From NCBI GenBank assembly GCA_002372935.1, contig DFJF01000005.1, forward strand, positions 100,754-164,753: 64,000 bases of DNA. Reading direction: 5' to 3'. This document shows, one piece after another, positions 48,397-58,323 of the stretch. The notes beneath the pieces were generated by a model that saw only the letters and a program-made list of their open reading frames with translations, had not been told where the DNA came from and made no database searches. Positions within the stretch are counted from its first letter, which is position 1; every line of letters starts with the position of its first letter. Both the position numbers and the translations under genes were made by a program. Source of the DNA: Clostridiales bacterium UBA3678 (GTDB lineage: Bacteria > Bacillota > Clostridia > TANB77 > CAG-508).

Positions 48397-49353
48397 TTAT
48401 TTTTTCCATTTAATTCTTTTTGTAATTTTTAATCCACTATTATTGTAAACTTCTATAATAAGCCTATTTTCTCCGGCTTTTGACTTAAGATTTTTTTCAA
48501 ATGTAGCACTATTTATATTATTTATATCGCTTTCTTCATCATTAAAGTTAATATGAATTTTTGAAATAATTCCATCACTATCTTCCTCTCCCTTTGCTAC
48601 AATTTTTGCTTCTGAATAATCATTTTTCACAAAAACATTTGCATCTGGAATATATATAGTTTTAGTTGCTACCTTTTTATTCCCATTCTCATCTATTTCT
48701 TCTATAGTTAATTTATGTTCTCCTGTTTCTATATCTATATTAAAAGTAACTTCTTTTGAATTAACATTTTCTGTTTTTGGCTCTTCTTCATCATAATAAT
48801 ATGATATTGATTTGATATTTGTTTCTTCACTAATCTTAATTTCTAATTGATCTTTGAAAACTTCGTTGTTATAGGCTTCTTTAAATTCTATAATATTAGG
48901 TTCTTCTATAACTACCCCAACATATTCTTTTTCAAATTCCTTTGTATTACCATTAGCATCTTGTGCAACCACTTTTAATGAATTTGTACCACTTGGTACA
49001 TCTATTTCTGTTGTTATATTAGATGACCCATCAACTGATAATGAATTAGCTGTTTCACCATTCCAGCTATATTGTAATGATGTTATAGAAGTCTGTGCCA
49101 AAACTTCAATTTCAAGTGAAGAAGCATTTTGTGATACATCTATTTTTATACTATCGCTCAATTGACTATTGTTGTTGTATGCTTGATTTCTATCTTCTTT
49201 TTTTACTATAGAATACATGCCAATTGAAACAGTTAATAATCCAAAAATTATTAAAAATATAGCAAAAAAAATTACTACTGATTTTATATCTGCTTTATTT
49301 CTTTTCTTATTATTTTTTCTTAATTCAACAGATAATATTTGATTCATTTTCAC
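48397..49353 (-). CDS. membrane-anchored protein with repeated beta-rich (Ig-like) extracellular modules
   Basis: One TM segment (VVIFFAIFLIIFGLLTVSIGMYSIV), then three modules of about 80 aa with an alternating beta-strand pattern. Confidence 0.45.
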   Translation of the reverse strand: MKMNQILSVELRKNNKKRNKADIKSVVIFFAIFLIIFGLLTVSIGMYSIVKKEDRNQAYNNNSQLSDSIKIDVSQNASSLEIEVLAQTSITSLQYSWNGETANSLSVDGSSNITTEIDVPSGTNSLKVVAQDANGNTKEFEKEYVGVVIEEPNIIEFKEAYNNEVFKDQLEIKISEETNIKSISYYYDEEEPKTENVNSKEVTFNIDIETGEHKLTIEEIDENGNKKVATKTIYIPDANVFVKNDYSEAKIVAKGEEDSDGIISKIHINFNDEESDINNINSATFEKNLKSKAGENRLIIEVYNNSGLKITKRIKWKK

Positions 49354-49430
49354 ACCTCTTTCGCTATTTTTTCATCTAAATTATATCACAACATTTAGTT
49401 ATTGTAAATAAAATTTTTTAAAATTTGGCA

Positions 49431-50108
49431 TTATTTGCAAAATCTATGTTTTCCTATTGTAACAGTCATAGGCCTTGACCAAATCCAAGAATTTGTTGCA
49501 GTATTTGGATTAAAATAATATATAGCTCCATATGATGGATCCCATCCATTTATTGCATCTTGTGCTGCTTTTTTTGCCGTACTATCTGGAGTCATATTTA
49601 TTTGACCATCAGAAACTGCATCAAAAGCTCCTGATTGATAAATTACTCCTGAAATTGTATTTGGGAATAAACTGCTTTTAACTCTATTCATAATAACAGC
49701 TCCAACTGCAACTTGTCCTACATAGCTCTCTCCTCTAGCTTCACCATAAATTAGATGTGACAATAAATTAACATTGCTACTATTATTATTTGATTTACCA
49801 GAATTATTTGAAGAACTCGTAATTCCCATGGCATTTAAAGTTTGTGTACCTGCAATTCCATCAACCTTTAAACCATTTTTCTTTTGAAATGACTTTACAG
49901 CTGAAAGAGTTTTGCTTCCATAAATTCCATCAATATTTCCATAATAATATCCCCAATCTTTAAGCTTTTTTTGAATCTGTTTGACTTCATCACCATTTGA
50001 CCCATATCTGGATAAAGCTTCAACTCTTGAATATCTTTGAATAATTATAAATGATAATAAAAAAATACTTACAAATACTAAAATAACAATAATTATTTTA
50101 TTTTTCAT
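49431..50108 (-). CDS. sleB: SleB/CwlJ-family cell wall hydrolase with PG-binding domain (spore cortex-lytic enzyme-like)
   Basis: PG_binding_1 string [47 protein letters not shown], and Hydrolase_2 string [23 protein letters not shown]. Confidence 0.8.
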   Translation of the reverse strand: MKNKIIIVILVFVSIFLLSFIIIQRYSRVEALSRYGSNGDEVKQIQKKLKDWGYYYGNIDGIYGSKTLSAVKSFQKKNGLKVDGIAGTQTLNAMGITSSSNNSGKSNNNSSNVNLLSHLIYGEARGESYVGQVAVGAVIMNRVKSSLFPNTISGVIYQSGAFDAVSDGQINMTPDSTAKKAAQDAINGWDPSYGAIYYFNPNTATNSWIWSRPMTVTIGKHRFCK

Positions 50109-50180
50109 AATAAAACCACCTCTACATAATAATATTTTTATTATTATCCAAAAGTGGTTTTTTATTCAAATTGATTATTT

Positions 50181-51200
50181 TTATATATAAGTACATAGTA
50201 TGGATTCTAATCCAACTTGTATATCTATAAGTCCAATTTTATACTTATAATCTAAATCACAAAATTCCTGCAAAATCCTTCTCAATTCTTTTGTTTTGAA
50301 ATAACTAGATTGTGTTCTGTATTTATTTGTAAGAAATGTTTGGTTTGGCTTTAATTCTAAGCTTTCTGCAATATTTCTGTTTTCGGAAATTGCGATTTTG
50401 GTTAAATATAATTTTTTAAAATGATTATATAATGTTACTAAAATTTTTTGCAATGGTTCTTTTGATAATACAAGATTTCTTAATATTTCAATTGCATTTT
50501 GGGTGTTTTTTTTGCCTAAACTATCTGTTAAATCAAATATAATACTTTCCATTTTTTTTATTGAAAGTTTATCTATATCTTCTTGAGTAATTGTTCCGCC
50601 AGGTCCTGCATATTCTATAAGTTTTCTAATTTCATTTATTAATTCTTGCATATCAATACCACAGCATTCTATAAAGTATGAGACTGTTCTTGAATCACAC
50701 TTTACATTATATGCTTTTATAATTGCCATTAGTCTATTTTGAATTTGAAAAGGCTTTTGAGCTTCAAAATTACAAACAATACCTAATTTTTCTATGGTTG
50801 AAAGTAATTCACATTTTTCAACTTTTTCTTCTACAAAAACTAAGTTTACTGATTCATTTATTGTTTTTATATTTTCTTTTATATAAGAATTTAATATTGC
50901 TTTTAATTCTGAATTATCATTTTTTCCCTTTCTTTTCAAATCTTTTTTAAATAAACCAGAATTTTTTACAATAATTAACTTTTTCTCATAGCCAAAAGCA
51001 GGTGTTTCTATATCTGAAATTATTTGAGATATATTTGACTCATCTAGTATGATAAAGTTTATACCTTTTACTTTTTCGCCAAATAGTTTTTTTATATTTT
51101 TTAAAGCATTCTCTAATAAAAATATTTCTTCCCCATATAGCAAATATATACTATGTAAAATATTTTGTTTTAATTCTTTTTCAAGTTCTTCAACTTTCAA
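50181..51200 (-). CDS. holA: DNA polymerase III subunit delta
   Basis: 339 aa. It has ..IYLLYGEEIFLLENALKNIKK.. and the typical delta-subunit length and layout. Confidence 0.8.
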   Translation of the reverse strand: MKVEELEKELKQNILHSIYLLYGEEIFLLENALKNIKKLFGEKVKGINFIILDESNISQIISDIETPAFGYEKKLIIVKNSGLFKKDLKRKGKNDNSELKAILNSYIKENIKTINESVNLVFVEEKVEKCELLSTIEKLGIVCNFEAQKPFQIQNRLMAIIKAYNVKCDSRTVSYFIECCGIDMQELINEIRKLIEYAGPGGTITQEDIDKLSIKKMESIIFDLTDSLGKKNTQNAIEILRNLVLSKEPLQKILVTLYNHFKKLYLTKIAISENRNIAESLELKPNQTFLTNKYRTQSSYFKTKELRRILQEFCDLDYKYKIGLIDIQVGLESILCTYI

Positions 51201-51279
51201 ATAATCACTTCCAATTTTAATCTATTTTAGTTAAGTTTTTACAATTAAATAAAATTTCTGAAACACAATTTATAATTTG

Positions 51280-51765
51280 CTATAAAGCTTCAGAAAACTT
51301 TGCAGAATGTGCATGGCAAATTGCCATTGCCATGCTATCTGTTGTATCATCTAATTTTGGTAATTTTTCTTCATGTAAAATCATTTTTACCATTCTTTGA
51401 ACTTGTATTTTATCTGCTCTTCCATATCCTACAACTGCTTGTTTTACTTGCAAAGGAGTGTATTCATATATTGGAACATTGTTTAATTTTGCAACCACTA
51501 AAATTACACCTCTAGCTTGAGCAACATTTATTGCAGTCTTTGCATTATTATTGAAAAATAGCTCTTCAATAGCCATAGCATCTGGTTTATATTTATCTAT
51601 TATTTCGTTTAATTCTGTATATATTTTTTTTAACCTTGAAGGAAATGAAGTATGTGCTTCTGTAAGAATAGCTCCAGATGTAATTAGTTTAAACTTATTT
51701 CCAACATAATCTATTATACTAAAACCTGTTATAGCAAAACCAGGGTCAATTCCTAATATTCTCAT
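51280..51765 (-). CDS. ruvC: crossover junction endodeoxyribonuclease RuvC
   Basis: MRILGIDPGFAITGFSII...MAIEELFF...TDSMAMAICHA. Confidence 0.92.
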   Translation of the reverse strand: MRILGIDPGFAITGFSIIDYVGNKFKLITSGAILTEAHTSFPSRLKKIYTELNEIIDKYKPDAMAIEELFFNNNAKTAINVAQARGVILVVAKLNNVPIYEYTPLQVKQAVVGYGRADKIQVQRMVKMILHEEKLPKLDDTTDSMAMAICHAHSAKFSEAL

Positions 51766-51822
51766 TTTTTAAAATCCATACAAATTGTTTACTTTTTGTT
51801 TAAACAATTTAGTGTCTCCTCT

Positions 51823-53862
51823 CTAAAATAAAATTCTAAAAATTTCAGCAACACTCCAAGCTTCAGCTATTGCACCTTTTGGTAAAAATGGAGTTCTTGA
51901 ATCATACAATTCTGAAATAGAACCAATACAGCCTCTTTTATACATTTCTTTTTTAAAAGTTCTATATGTTTTTTGTTTGAATTTTTCTATTTTTTCATTT
52001 AATTCTTCTTCCTTTTCATGATTATCTTGTACTAATTTCATATTCATTAATGCATCATAATAAACTCCTAAAAGCCAAGGCCAAGTAATTCCCTGATGGC
52101 AACTCATCTCTCTTTTGAATTTGTCTCCTTCATATATATCAACATAATTCTTTTCGCCTTTTGCAAGGGTCTTTACTCCATAGCTATTTAACAATTTTTT
52201 TTCAACAACATTTATGATATCTTCTGCTATTTCTGAATTTGGATTAATTATTGGATATGAAAGGCTTAGTGCAAATAACTGGTTTGGTCTAATTTCATCA
52301 TTTCCTATATAATCAAAAAGGCATTTTTTGTTGCGATTGTAAAACTTTGTTTCAAATGATTTTTTACATTTTTCTGCCATATCTTCATATTTCTTTATTG
52401 TAATATTTTTACCTAGTCCACCTATTTTTTTAGTTAATTTTGACATAACTATTAAGGCATTATACCACATAGCATTTATTTCTACTACTTTTCCAAATCG
52501 TGGTGTAGATGCAAAACTCTTATATTTAGCATCCATCCAAGTATTTTGTGCATTTTCATCTCCAGAATAAAGTAAACCATCTTTATCTAAATATATATTA
52601 TTATTTTTATAAGTTACCCAATCTGAATAATAATCTATTACACTTTTTAATTTTGAATATATTTCTTTTTTTATAAAAGAATAATCTCCTGTATAATCAA
52701 CATATTTTTGTACTTCTTCAAATAATAGTAACGAACTATCTACAGTATTATATAATGGAGCCTTATCTCCATCTAAATACCCATTTGGAATTAAACCAAA
52801 TTTCATATCTCTAGTAACTGAAAGTAAAACTTCTTTTGCTTCATCAAATCTTCTTGTTTTTAAAAATAACCCTTCAAACGAAATTAAAGTATCTCTTGCC
52901 CAATCAAAAAACCAAGGATAACCAGCAATAACAGTATATAGACCAAATGTTGGTCTATATACTATAAAATTATCAATTGCAGTCATAAAAACCCTTTTAA
53001 GCTCATCCATTTCTTCTTCTTTTTTAGTCTTTTTTTCTTTTTTATTATCTATTAATAAAGATTGATTATATAGCTTATTTTGTCTAATAATTTCATTGCT
53101 TATAATATTTTTTGGATCTAATTCCTCTATATCTTCTTCTAAAGAACATATAAAAGAAATTTCTTTTTCTTCATTAGCATCTATTTCAATTTCAAATCTA
53201 CCTGGTACAACTAAATTTTCTTCTGCATAGAACCCTCTTTTTTCTTCTTCAATATAAAACATATTTCTAAAAATATCATTTTTATGTTCTATATATTTTC
53301 CATCTGAGATTTTCATATATATAGGTGTATCAACAATATTATTTATAACAACTTTTATCTTTCCTTTTTGATCAAATTGTTCTAAATAGTATTCATAATT
53401 TGTATTCATATTACGTGTATCTCTTAAATTTAAAATTGGTGCCAAAGTCAATTTTGATTTTGATTTTCCATTTTTTATTTTATAAAATACTTGTACTATA
53501 TTTTTTTCATGCACCATACAAATAATTTTCGATATTGATATATCACCTACTTGATATTTAAAAATCGGCAAAATATCTTTTGTAAATGATTCAATATATT
53601 TATAGCCATCTGATATATATTGTTTTCCAACATTTGTGAACAAATTATATTTTTTTTCTTCTATTTCCACACTTTCATCTAATTTTGAAAGTATTAATGT
53701 TCTTCTTGCAGGAGGATTTAATGGTGCAACTAATAAACCATGATATCTTCTTGTATTAGCTCCAATAATTGTAGAAGAAGCATAACCTCCTATTCCATTT
53801 GTAATAATCCATTCCTTTTGTAATCCATTTTCTAAGTTTATTTCATCTTTTTCCAATTTCAT
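51823..53862 (-). CDS. glycogen debranching enzyme-like protein (amylo-alpha-1,6-glucosidase family)
   Basis: N-terminal EWIITNGIGGYASSTIIGANTRRYHGLLVA, and a C-terminal (alpha/alpha)6 GDE_C-like region (..GYPWFFDWARDT..). Confidence 0.8.
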   Translation of the reverse strand: MKLEKDEINLENGLQKEWIITNGIGGYASSTIIGANTRRYHGLLVAPLNPPARRTLILSKLDESVEIEEKKYNLFTNVGKQYISDGYKYIESFTKDILPIFKYQVGDISISKIICMVHEKNIVQVFYKIKNGKSKSKLTLAPILNLRDTRNMNTNYEYYLEQFDQKGKIKVVINNIVDTPIYMKISDGKYIEHKNDIFRNMFYIEEEKRGFYAEENLVVPGRFEIEIDANEEKEISFICSLEEDIEELDPKNIISNEIIRQNKLYNQSLLIDNKKEKKTKKEEEMDELKRVFMTAIDNFIVYRPTFGLYTVIAGYPWFFDWARDTLISFEGLFLKTRRFDEAKEVLLSVTRDMKFGLIPNGYLDGDKAPLYNTVDSSLLLFEEVQKYVDYTGDYSFIKKEIYSKLKSVIDYYSDWVTYKNNNIYLDKDGLLYSGDENAQNTWMDAKYKSFASTPRFGKVVEINAMWYNALIVMSKLTKKIGGLGKNITIKKYEDMAEKCKKSFETKFYNRNKKCLFDYIGNDEIRPNQLFALSLSYPIINPNSEIAEDIINVVEKKLLNSYGVKTLAKGEKNYVDIYEGDKFKREMSCHQGITWPWLLGVYYDALMNMKLVQDNHEKEEELNEKIEKFKQKTYRTFKKEMYKRGCIGSISELYDSRTPFLPKGAIAEAWSVAEIFRILF

Positions 53863-53928
53863 TAGTATTCCTCCAAATTTTATTTTCTATTTTAAGTATA
53901 TTTCGTTTTCAATAAATATATTATTTTT

Positions 53929-55612
53929 TTACTTTTTACCTTTATTAAATTTTTTCAACATCTCTTGTCTTATTTCTTCATAGTTTCTGATTTTTATCTC
54001 TCCAATAGAAATATTATTATTTTCAATTTCATTTTCTTTATTCAAATATACGTTTTTTTCAAGATTTTCATTTATATTTGTTTGATTTGAATCTTTATCT
54101 TGTGTCTTATCTGCAATCTCTGCTTTATTTTTTTCTATATTTCTATCTGTATTTTTTATAGATTCAATTCTATCTTGATATTTTGAAGCAAATTTACTTT
54201 TAAATCTGTCCTTATTTTTGTTTTTATTTTTTTTCTTACTTTTTACTTTCTTTTTCTTTTGCTTATTTATTTCTTTATCTGCTTTTAATTTTGAATTCAT
54301 CATCATATATTCTGGCTCATTTTGTCTGTCCATAAATTTTAAATCATCACAGATAACTTGAATAACAATATCTGCTATTAGGTTTGCATTATGTCTAACA
54401 CAGTCATCTTTTATAACAGACAGATTTTCTTTAATAAATTTAATTCTTCTTTCTTTTATATTTTTAAAATCTTGCTCAACTAAATCTGCACCATCTAAAT
54501 TATATTTTTTTATGTATTCAGGAACAACCTCTCCTGTATCATACAAGCAATAGTCTATTATTCCTTCTCCACAGTGTTCTACTATAGCATTTACATGATC
54601 TGCAACTGAATAATTATCTGTCATTCCTGGCTCTGTCATGATGTTACAAACATAAAATTTCTTTGCTTTGCTTTCTTTTATAGCTCTTGAAACACCATTT
54701 ACCAAAAGGTTTGGAATGATATTTGTATATAAACTTCCGGGGTCCAATTATAATACTATCTGCATTTTTAATTGCCTCCAAAACTCCAGGCGTTGGTTTA
54801 CAATTGCTTGGACTTAAATAAACTCTATTAATTTTAGTTAATTTATCATAAACTATAGATGCAATTTTTGATTTTTCTTCTACAACATATCCGTTTCCAA
54901 GCTCAGCACAAATTTTCATTCTATCTTCTGTAACTGGAAGAACTTTACCATATATTTTAAATATGTCATTACTATCTTTTACAGATTCCTCTATTCCATT
55001 TGAAATATCATTCATTGCCTCAAAATAAATATCAGAAAAAGCTATCCCTTTCAAGCTTCCACTTTGAAATCGATAATTAAAAAGCTCTGGCATTTTGCTG
55101 TTTTTTTCCGTAGCTAATGAAGCAATACTATCTTTTATATCTTGTAACTGAAGATATTTCATCTTTTCATTATCTTTTGCTAAATTTCCACCATAAGTAG
55201 AAACTGTAACAATTGCTGTTATATTACTTGTATATCTCTTTAATCCTTCTAATATGGTGTTTAATCCGCTTCCACCACCAATTACTACAATATTTGGACC
55301 TTGCTCATAAATATTTTTATTGAATATTAAAGAATTAATGTTTACCTTTTTTTTACCTGTAATTCTATCATCTGTAGCTTCTATAAATAATTCCATAGTT
55401 CTTTTATTTAAGTAAATAAGTCCTAAAACAATACATGTAAAACCAACAGTACAAAAAACAATAATTTTTGTTGCATATCTAAAAGTAATAGCATTGTTAG
55501 ATTCAATAATATTTGCTATACCAAATGATGTCAGTATTACTCCAAACAATATAAGAAACATCCAACGTTTCATTTTTGAACTTTTTTTAAACCATTCTCG
55601 TATTCCTTTCAA
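53929..55612 (-). pseudogene. yvcK: YvcK/CofD-like gluconeogenesis-factor family protein, split by a +1 frameshift; has an N-terminal TM anchor and a K/N-rich C-terminal extension
   Basis: ORF 54644..55612 reads ..VVIGGGSGLNTILEGLKRYTSNITAIVTV.. and ends IIIGPRKFIYK.. ORF 53929..54747 begins (M)DPGSLYTNIIPNLLVNGV..YVCNIMTEPGMT. Removing one C from the CCCC run at 54739-54742 joins them as IIIGPGSLYTNIIPNLL. The length 1684 nt is 3n+1. Confidence 0.8.
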
Positions 55613-55615
55613 TTG

Positions 55616-56536
55616 TTATTCCTCCTGTTCTCCCATTATTTCTATCTCTTCTTCGATTTTTATATTGTACTTTTCATAAATTTTTCCTTTAACATATTTT
55701 ATTAAATCTAATATATCTTTTGCTGTTGCATTTTCCTTGTTAATTACAAAACCAGCATGTTTAGTAGATACTTCTGCCCCACCTATTCTACATCCTTTAA
55801 GTCCACATTCATCTATTAATTTTGCAGTTATATAATTCTCCCCTCTTTTAAATGTGCTACCAGCTGATGGGAATTCTATTGGCTGTTTTTCTTTTCTTTC
55901 TTTTAAAAAATTATTCATTTTTTCTTCTATTTCATCTTTATTGCCATATTGTAAACCTATTTTAGTTTCTAAAATAATGTAATTATTATTTTTGAAAATA
56001 CTTCCTCTATAAACTAATTTCTGTTCTTCTTTTTCCAAAACCTCTATTTTGCCAGTTTTTATATTTAAACACTTTGTCTCTAAAATTATATCTTTTAGTT
56101 CTTTGCCATAAGCTCCGGCATTCATTCTATTAGCTCCACCCATAGTCCCAGGAATACCTGAAAACTCTTCAAAACCTGAAATTGATTTTTGTTTTAATTG
56201 TTGTGCTAAAGCCATTATTTTTACTCCCGCACCTACTGAAACTATAACATCATTTTCTAAATTCTCTATTTTTATTTCTGTTAAATCTATTTTTAAAACT
56301 ATTCCTCTAATACCTTTATCTAATACTAAAGTATTGCTTCCATTTCCTATTATATATAATTGCAAATTATTTTTTTTTGCAAAATTAATCACACTTTTAA
56401 TTTGATCAATATCTTTTACTATTATAAAACAATCTGCATTTCCTCCTGTTTTAAAACTAGTATGTTTTCTCATTGGCTCATTATATTTTATATTTTCTTT
56501 TGGTATAAATTCTTCTAATTTTTTAAATGAATTCAT
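55616..56536 (-). CDS. murB: UDP-N-acetylenolpyruvoylglucosamine reductase
   Basis: FAD-binding ..HTSFKTGGNADCFIIV..IIGNGSN.L and C-terminal PSAGSTFKRG. Confidence 0.92.
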   Translation of the reverse strand: MNSFKKLEEFIPKENIKYNEPMRKHTSFKTGGNADCFIIVKDIDQIKSVINFAKKNNLQLYIIGNGSNTLVLDKGIRGIVLKIDLTEIKIENLENDVIVSVGAGVKIMALAQQLKQKSISGFEEFSGIPGTMGGANRMNAGAYGKELKDIILETKCLNIKTGKIEVLEKEEQKLVYRGSIFKNNNYIILETKIGLQYGNKDEIEEKMNNFLKERKEKQPIEFPSAGSTFKRGENYITAKLIDECGLKGCRIGGAEVSTKHAGFVINKENATAKDILDLIKYVKGKIYEKYNIKIEEEIEIMGEQEE

Positions 56537-56632
56537 GATTTAATTAAATATTTAATTCTCCTTATTTTATTTAAGTTTTTAAAGGATCAACCTATAAACC
56601 TATTTAACACCATTTATCAATTTATATCATAC

Positions 56633-57172
56633 TCATTTTGGTTCTCTCATCATCTTCTTTTCCATTCCACATAGATATACAGCATTTCCCAATGCTGTCT
56701 TTGGATTAGAAATATTAAATACTTCTCCTGTTGAATAATTTACAACAAATTCATCTTTCGAATCTATATTGCTTAATCCAAGTGCCTCTAAATCTGATTT
56801 AGTAAGTTTATAATAATATTTTCCATCTTCTATTCCTTCAATTTCATCATAATTTAGAGTTTCTTTTAAGCTTATACTACTATCTATTTCTTGGAAAGTA
56901 CTCTCTATACTCTTTGCTTCTGCATATGTAATTTTTGTTCCTTTTAAAAAAGTTGAATTTTTCATTTGACGATATTTTATATATGTTTCTATCACAGCTT
57001 GCTGTATTTTCGAAGCATCTGACATTGCAGTAATTTCCTTGGATCTATTAATATTGCTTTTCATTCCTTTAGAGGCTCCAATACTAACACCTGCAAGTAT
57101 TGTTAATACAACAATTGTAACTGACAAGGCTATTAAAGTTATTCCAGATTTTTCTTGTAAATTTTTTTTCAT
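56633..57172 (-). CDS. prepilin-type N-terminal domain protein (type IV pilin/pseudopilin-like)
   Basis: The N-terminus MKKNLQEKSGITLIALSVTIVVLTILAGV resembles G/(F,I)TLIE prepilin leaders, but has Ala in place of the +5 Glu. Confidence 0.5.
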   Translation of the reverse strand: MKKNLQEKSGITLIALSVTIVVLTILAGVSIGASKGMKSNINRSKEITAMSDASKIQQAVIETYIKYRQMKNSTFLKGTKITYAEAKSIESTFQEIDSSISLKETLNYDEIEGIEDGKYYYKLTKSDLEALGLSNIDSKDEFVVNYSTGEVFNISNPKTALGNAVYLCGMEKKMMREPK

Positions 57173-57250
57173 TTTTTCCTCTTTTCATAGTTATATTTTG
57201 TATTAATATAATATCATTAAATTGATATTTTTACAAGATTTTTTCATAAA

Positions 57251-58150
57251 TTAACAGAAAAGATCTGTTCTATATTGATACTCTTCCAAAATTTCTTTAG
57301 GATTTGTCACCAATTTTGCTCCTTGCTTTATTAATTCATTTGTTCCAAAAGAATTTTCAGAATCTATATTTCCTGGTATAACAAATACATCTCTTCCTTG
57401 GTCTAATGCAAAATCTGTAGTAATAAGTGTTCCACTTTTTTCTTTTGCTTCTACTACTAATATTCCATTTGATAGTCCACTTATGATTCTATTTCTTGCC
57501 GGAAAATTTTCTCTATTTGGCTGTGTGCCTAATGGATATTCTGAAATAATGGCTCCTTCATTTTCTAAAATTTTTTCAGATAATTTTAAATTTTCTTTTG
57601 GATAAATTGTGTCTAACCCATTTCCTAGAACTGCTATTGTTTTTCTTTTAGCTTCTATAGTGCCAAAATGAGCATAAGAATCGATTCCTTTTGCAAGACC
57701 ACTAACTATTGTAAAACCACTTTTTGACAAATTATACGCAAATTCTCTTGCAATCTTTTTTCCATAATCATTTGCTTTTCTGCAACCTACTATTGCTATA
57801 CATGGATTATTTAATGCTTTTTCATTTCCTCTTATATATAAATTTATAGGCGCTCCATAAATTTCCTCTAAAAGTCTAGGATATAATTCATCTTGGATTG
57901 ATATAATTTTTATATTATGTTTTTCCATAAATAGTAAATTTCTTTTAATATCTTTTTTTATTAAATCACTTGTTAGAAATGTAACTGTTTTTTCACTTAT
58001 TCCATATTTTAATAATTTTTCTTTTGCTACTGATTTTTTAGAAAATTCAAATAAATTTTTTATTGATTTAAATTCTTGAATTAAATTTTTATATTTTTTT
58101 ATACCTAAATCTTGTATTAATGAAATCCAAATTTTATAATATTTTTCTTC
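57251..58150 (-). CDS. dprA: DNA processing protein DprA; N-terminal SAM-like domain in frame but without an in-frame start codon
   Basis: Rossmann-like DprA core (IVSGLAKGIDSYAH, FPARNRIISGLS). A further 74 in-frame codons upstream of the ORF-track ATG encode EEKYYKIWISLIQDLGIKKYKNLIQEFKS... See the findings for the start problem. Confidence 0.85.
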   Translation of the reverse strand, partial: EEKYYKIWISLIQDLGIKKYKNLIQEFKSIKNLFEFSKKSVAKEKLLKYGISEKTVTFLTSDLIKKDIKRNLLFMEKHNIKIISIQDELYPRLLEEIYGAPINLYIRGNEKALNNPCIAIVGCRKANDYGKKIAREFAYNLSKSGFTIVSGLAKGIDSYAHFGTIEAKRKTIAVLGNGLDTIYPKENLKLSEKILENEGAIISEYPLGTQPNRENFPARNRIISGLSNGILVVEAKEKSGTLITTDFALDQGRDVFVIPGNIDSENSFGTNELIKQGAKLVTNPKEILEEYQYRTDLFC

Positions 58151-58323
58151 TATTTTATTTGCTCCATTCTGCCCAAAACATTTTCTTGAAATATATTAAC
58201 ACAAAATAACTAATTTTGCAATAAAAATCTTTTATTTTTGTTACAAAAATTCACAAAACTATTGAAAAAAACATAATATAAGTATATAATCTAAAGGTAC
58301 AAATATGATAGGAGTTGATTAAT

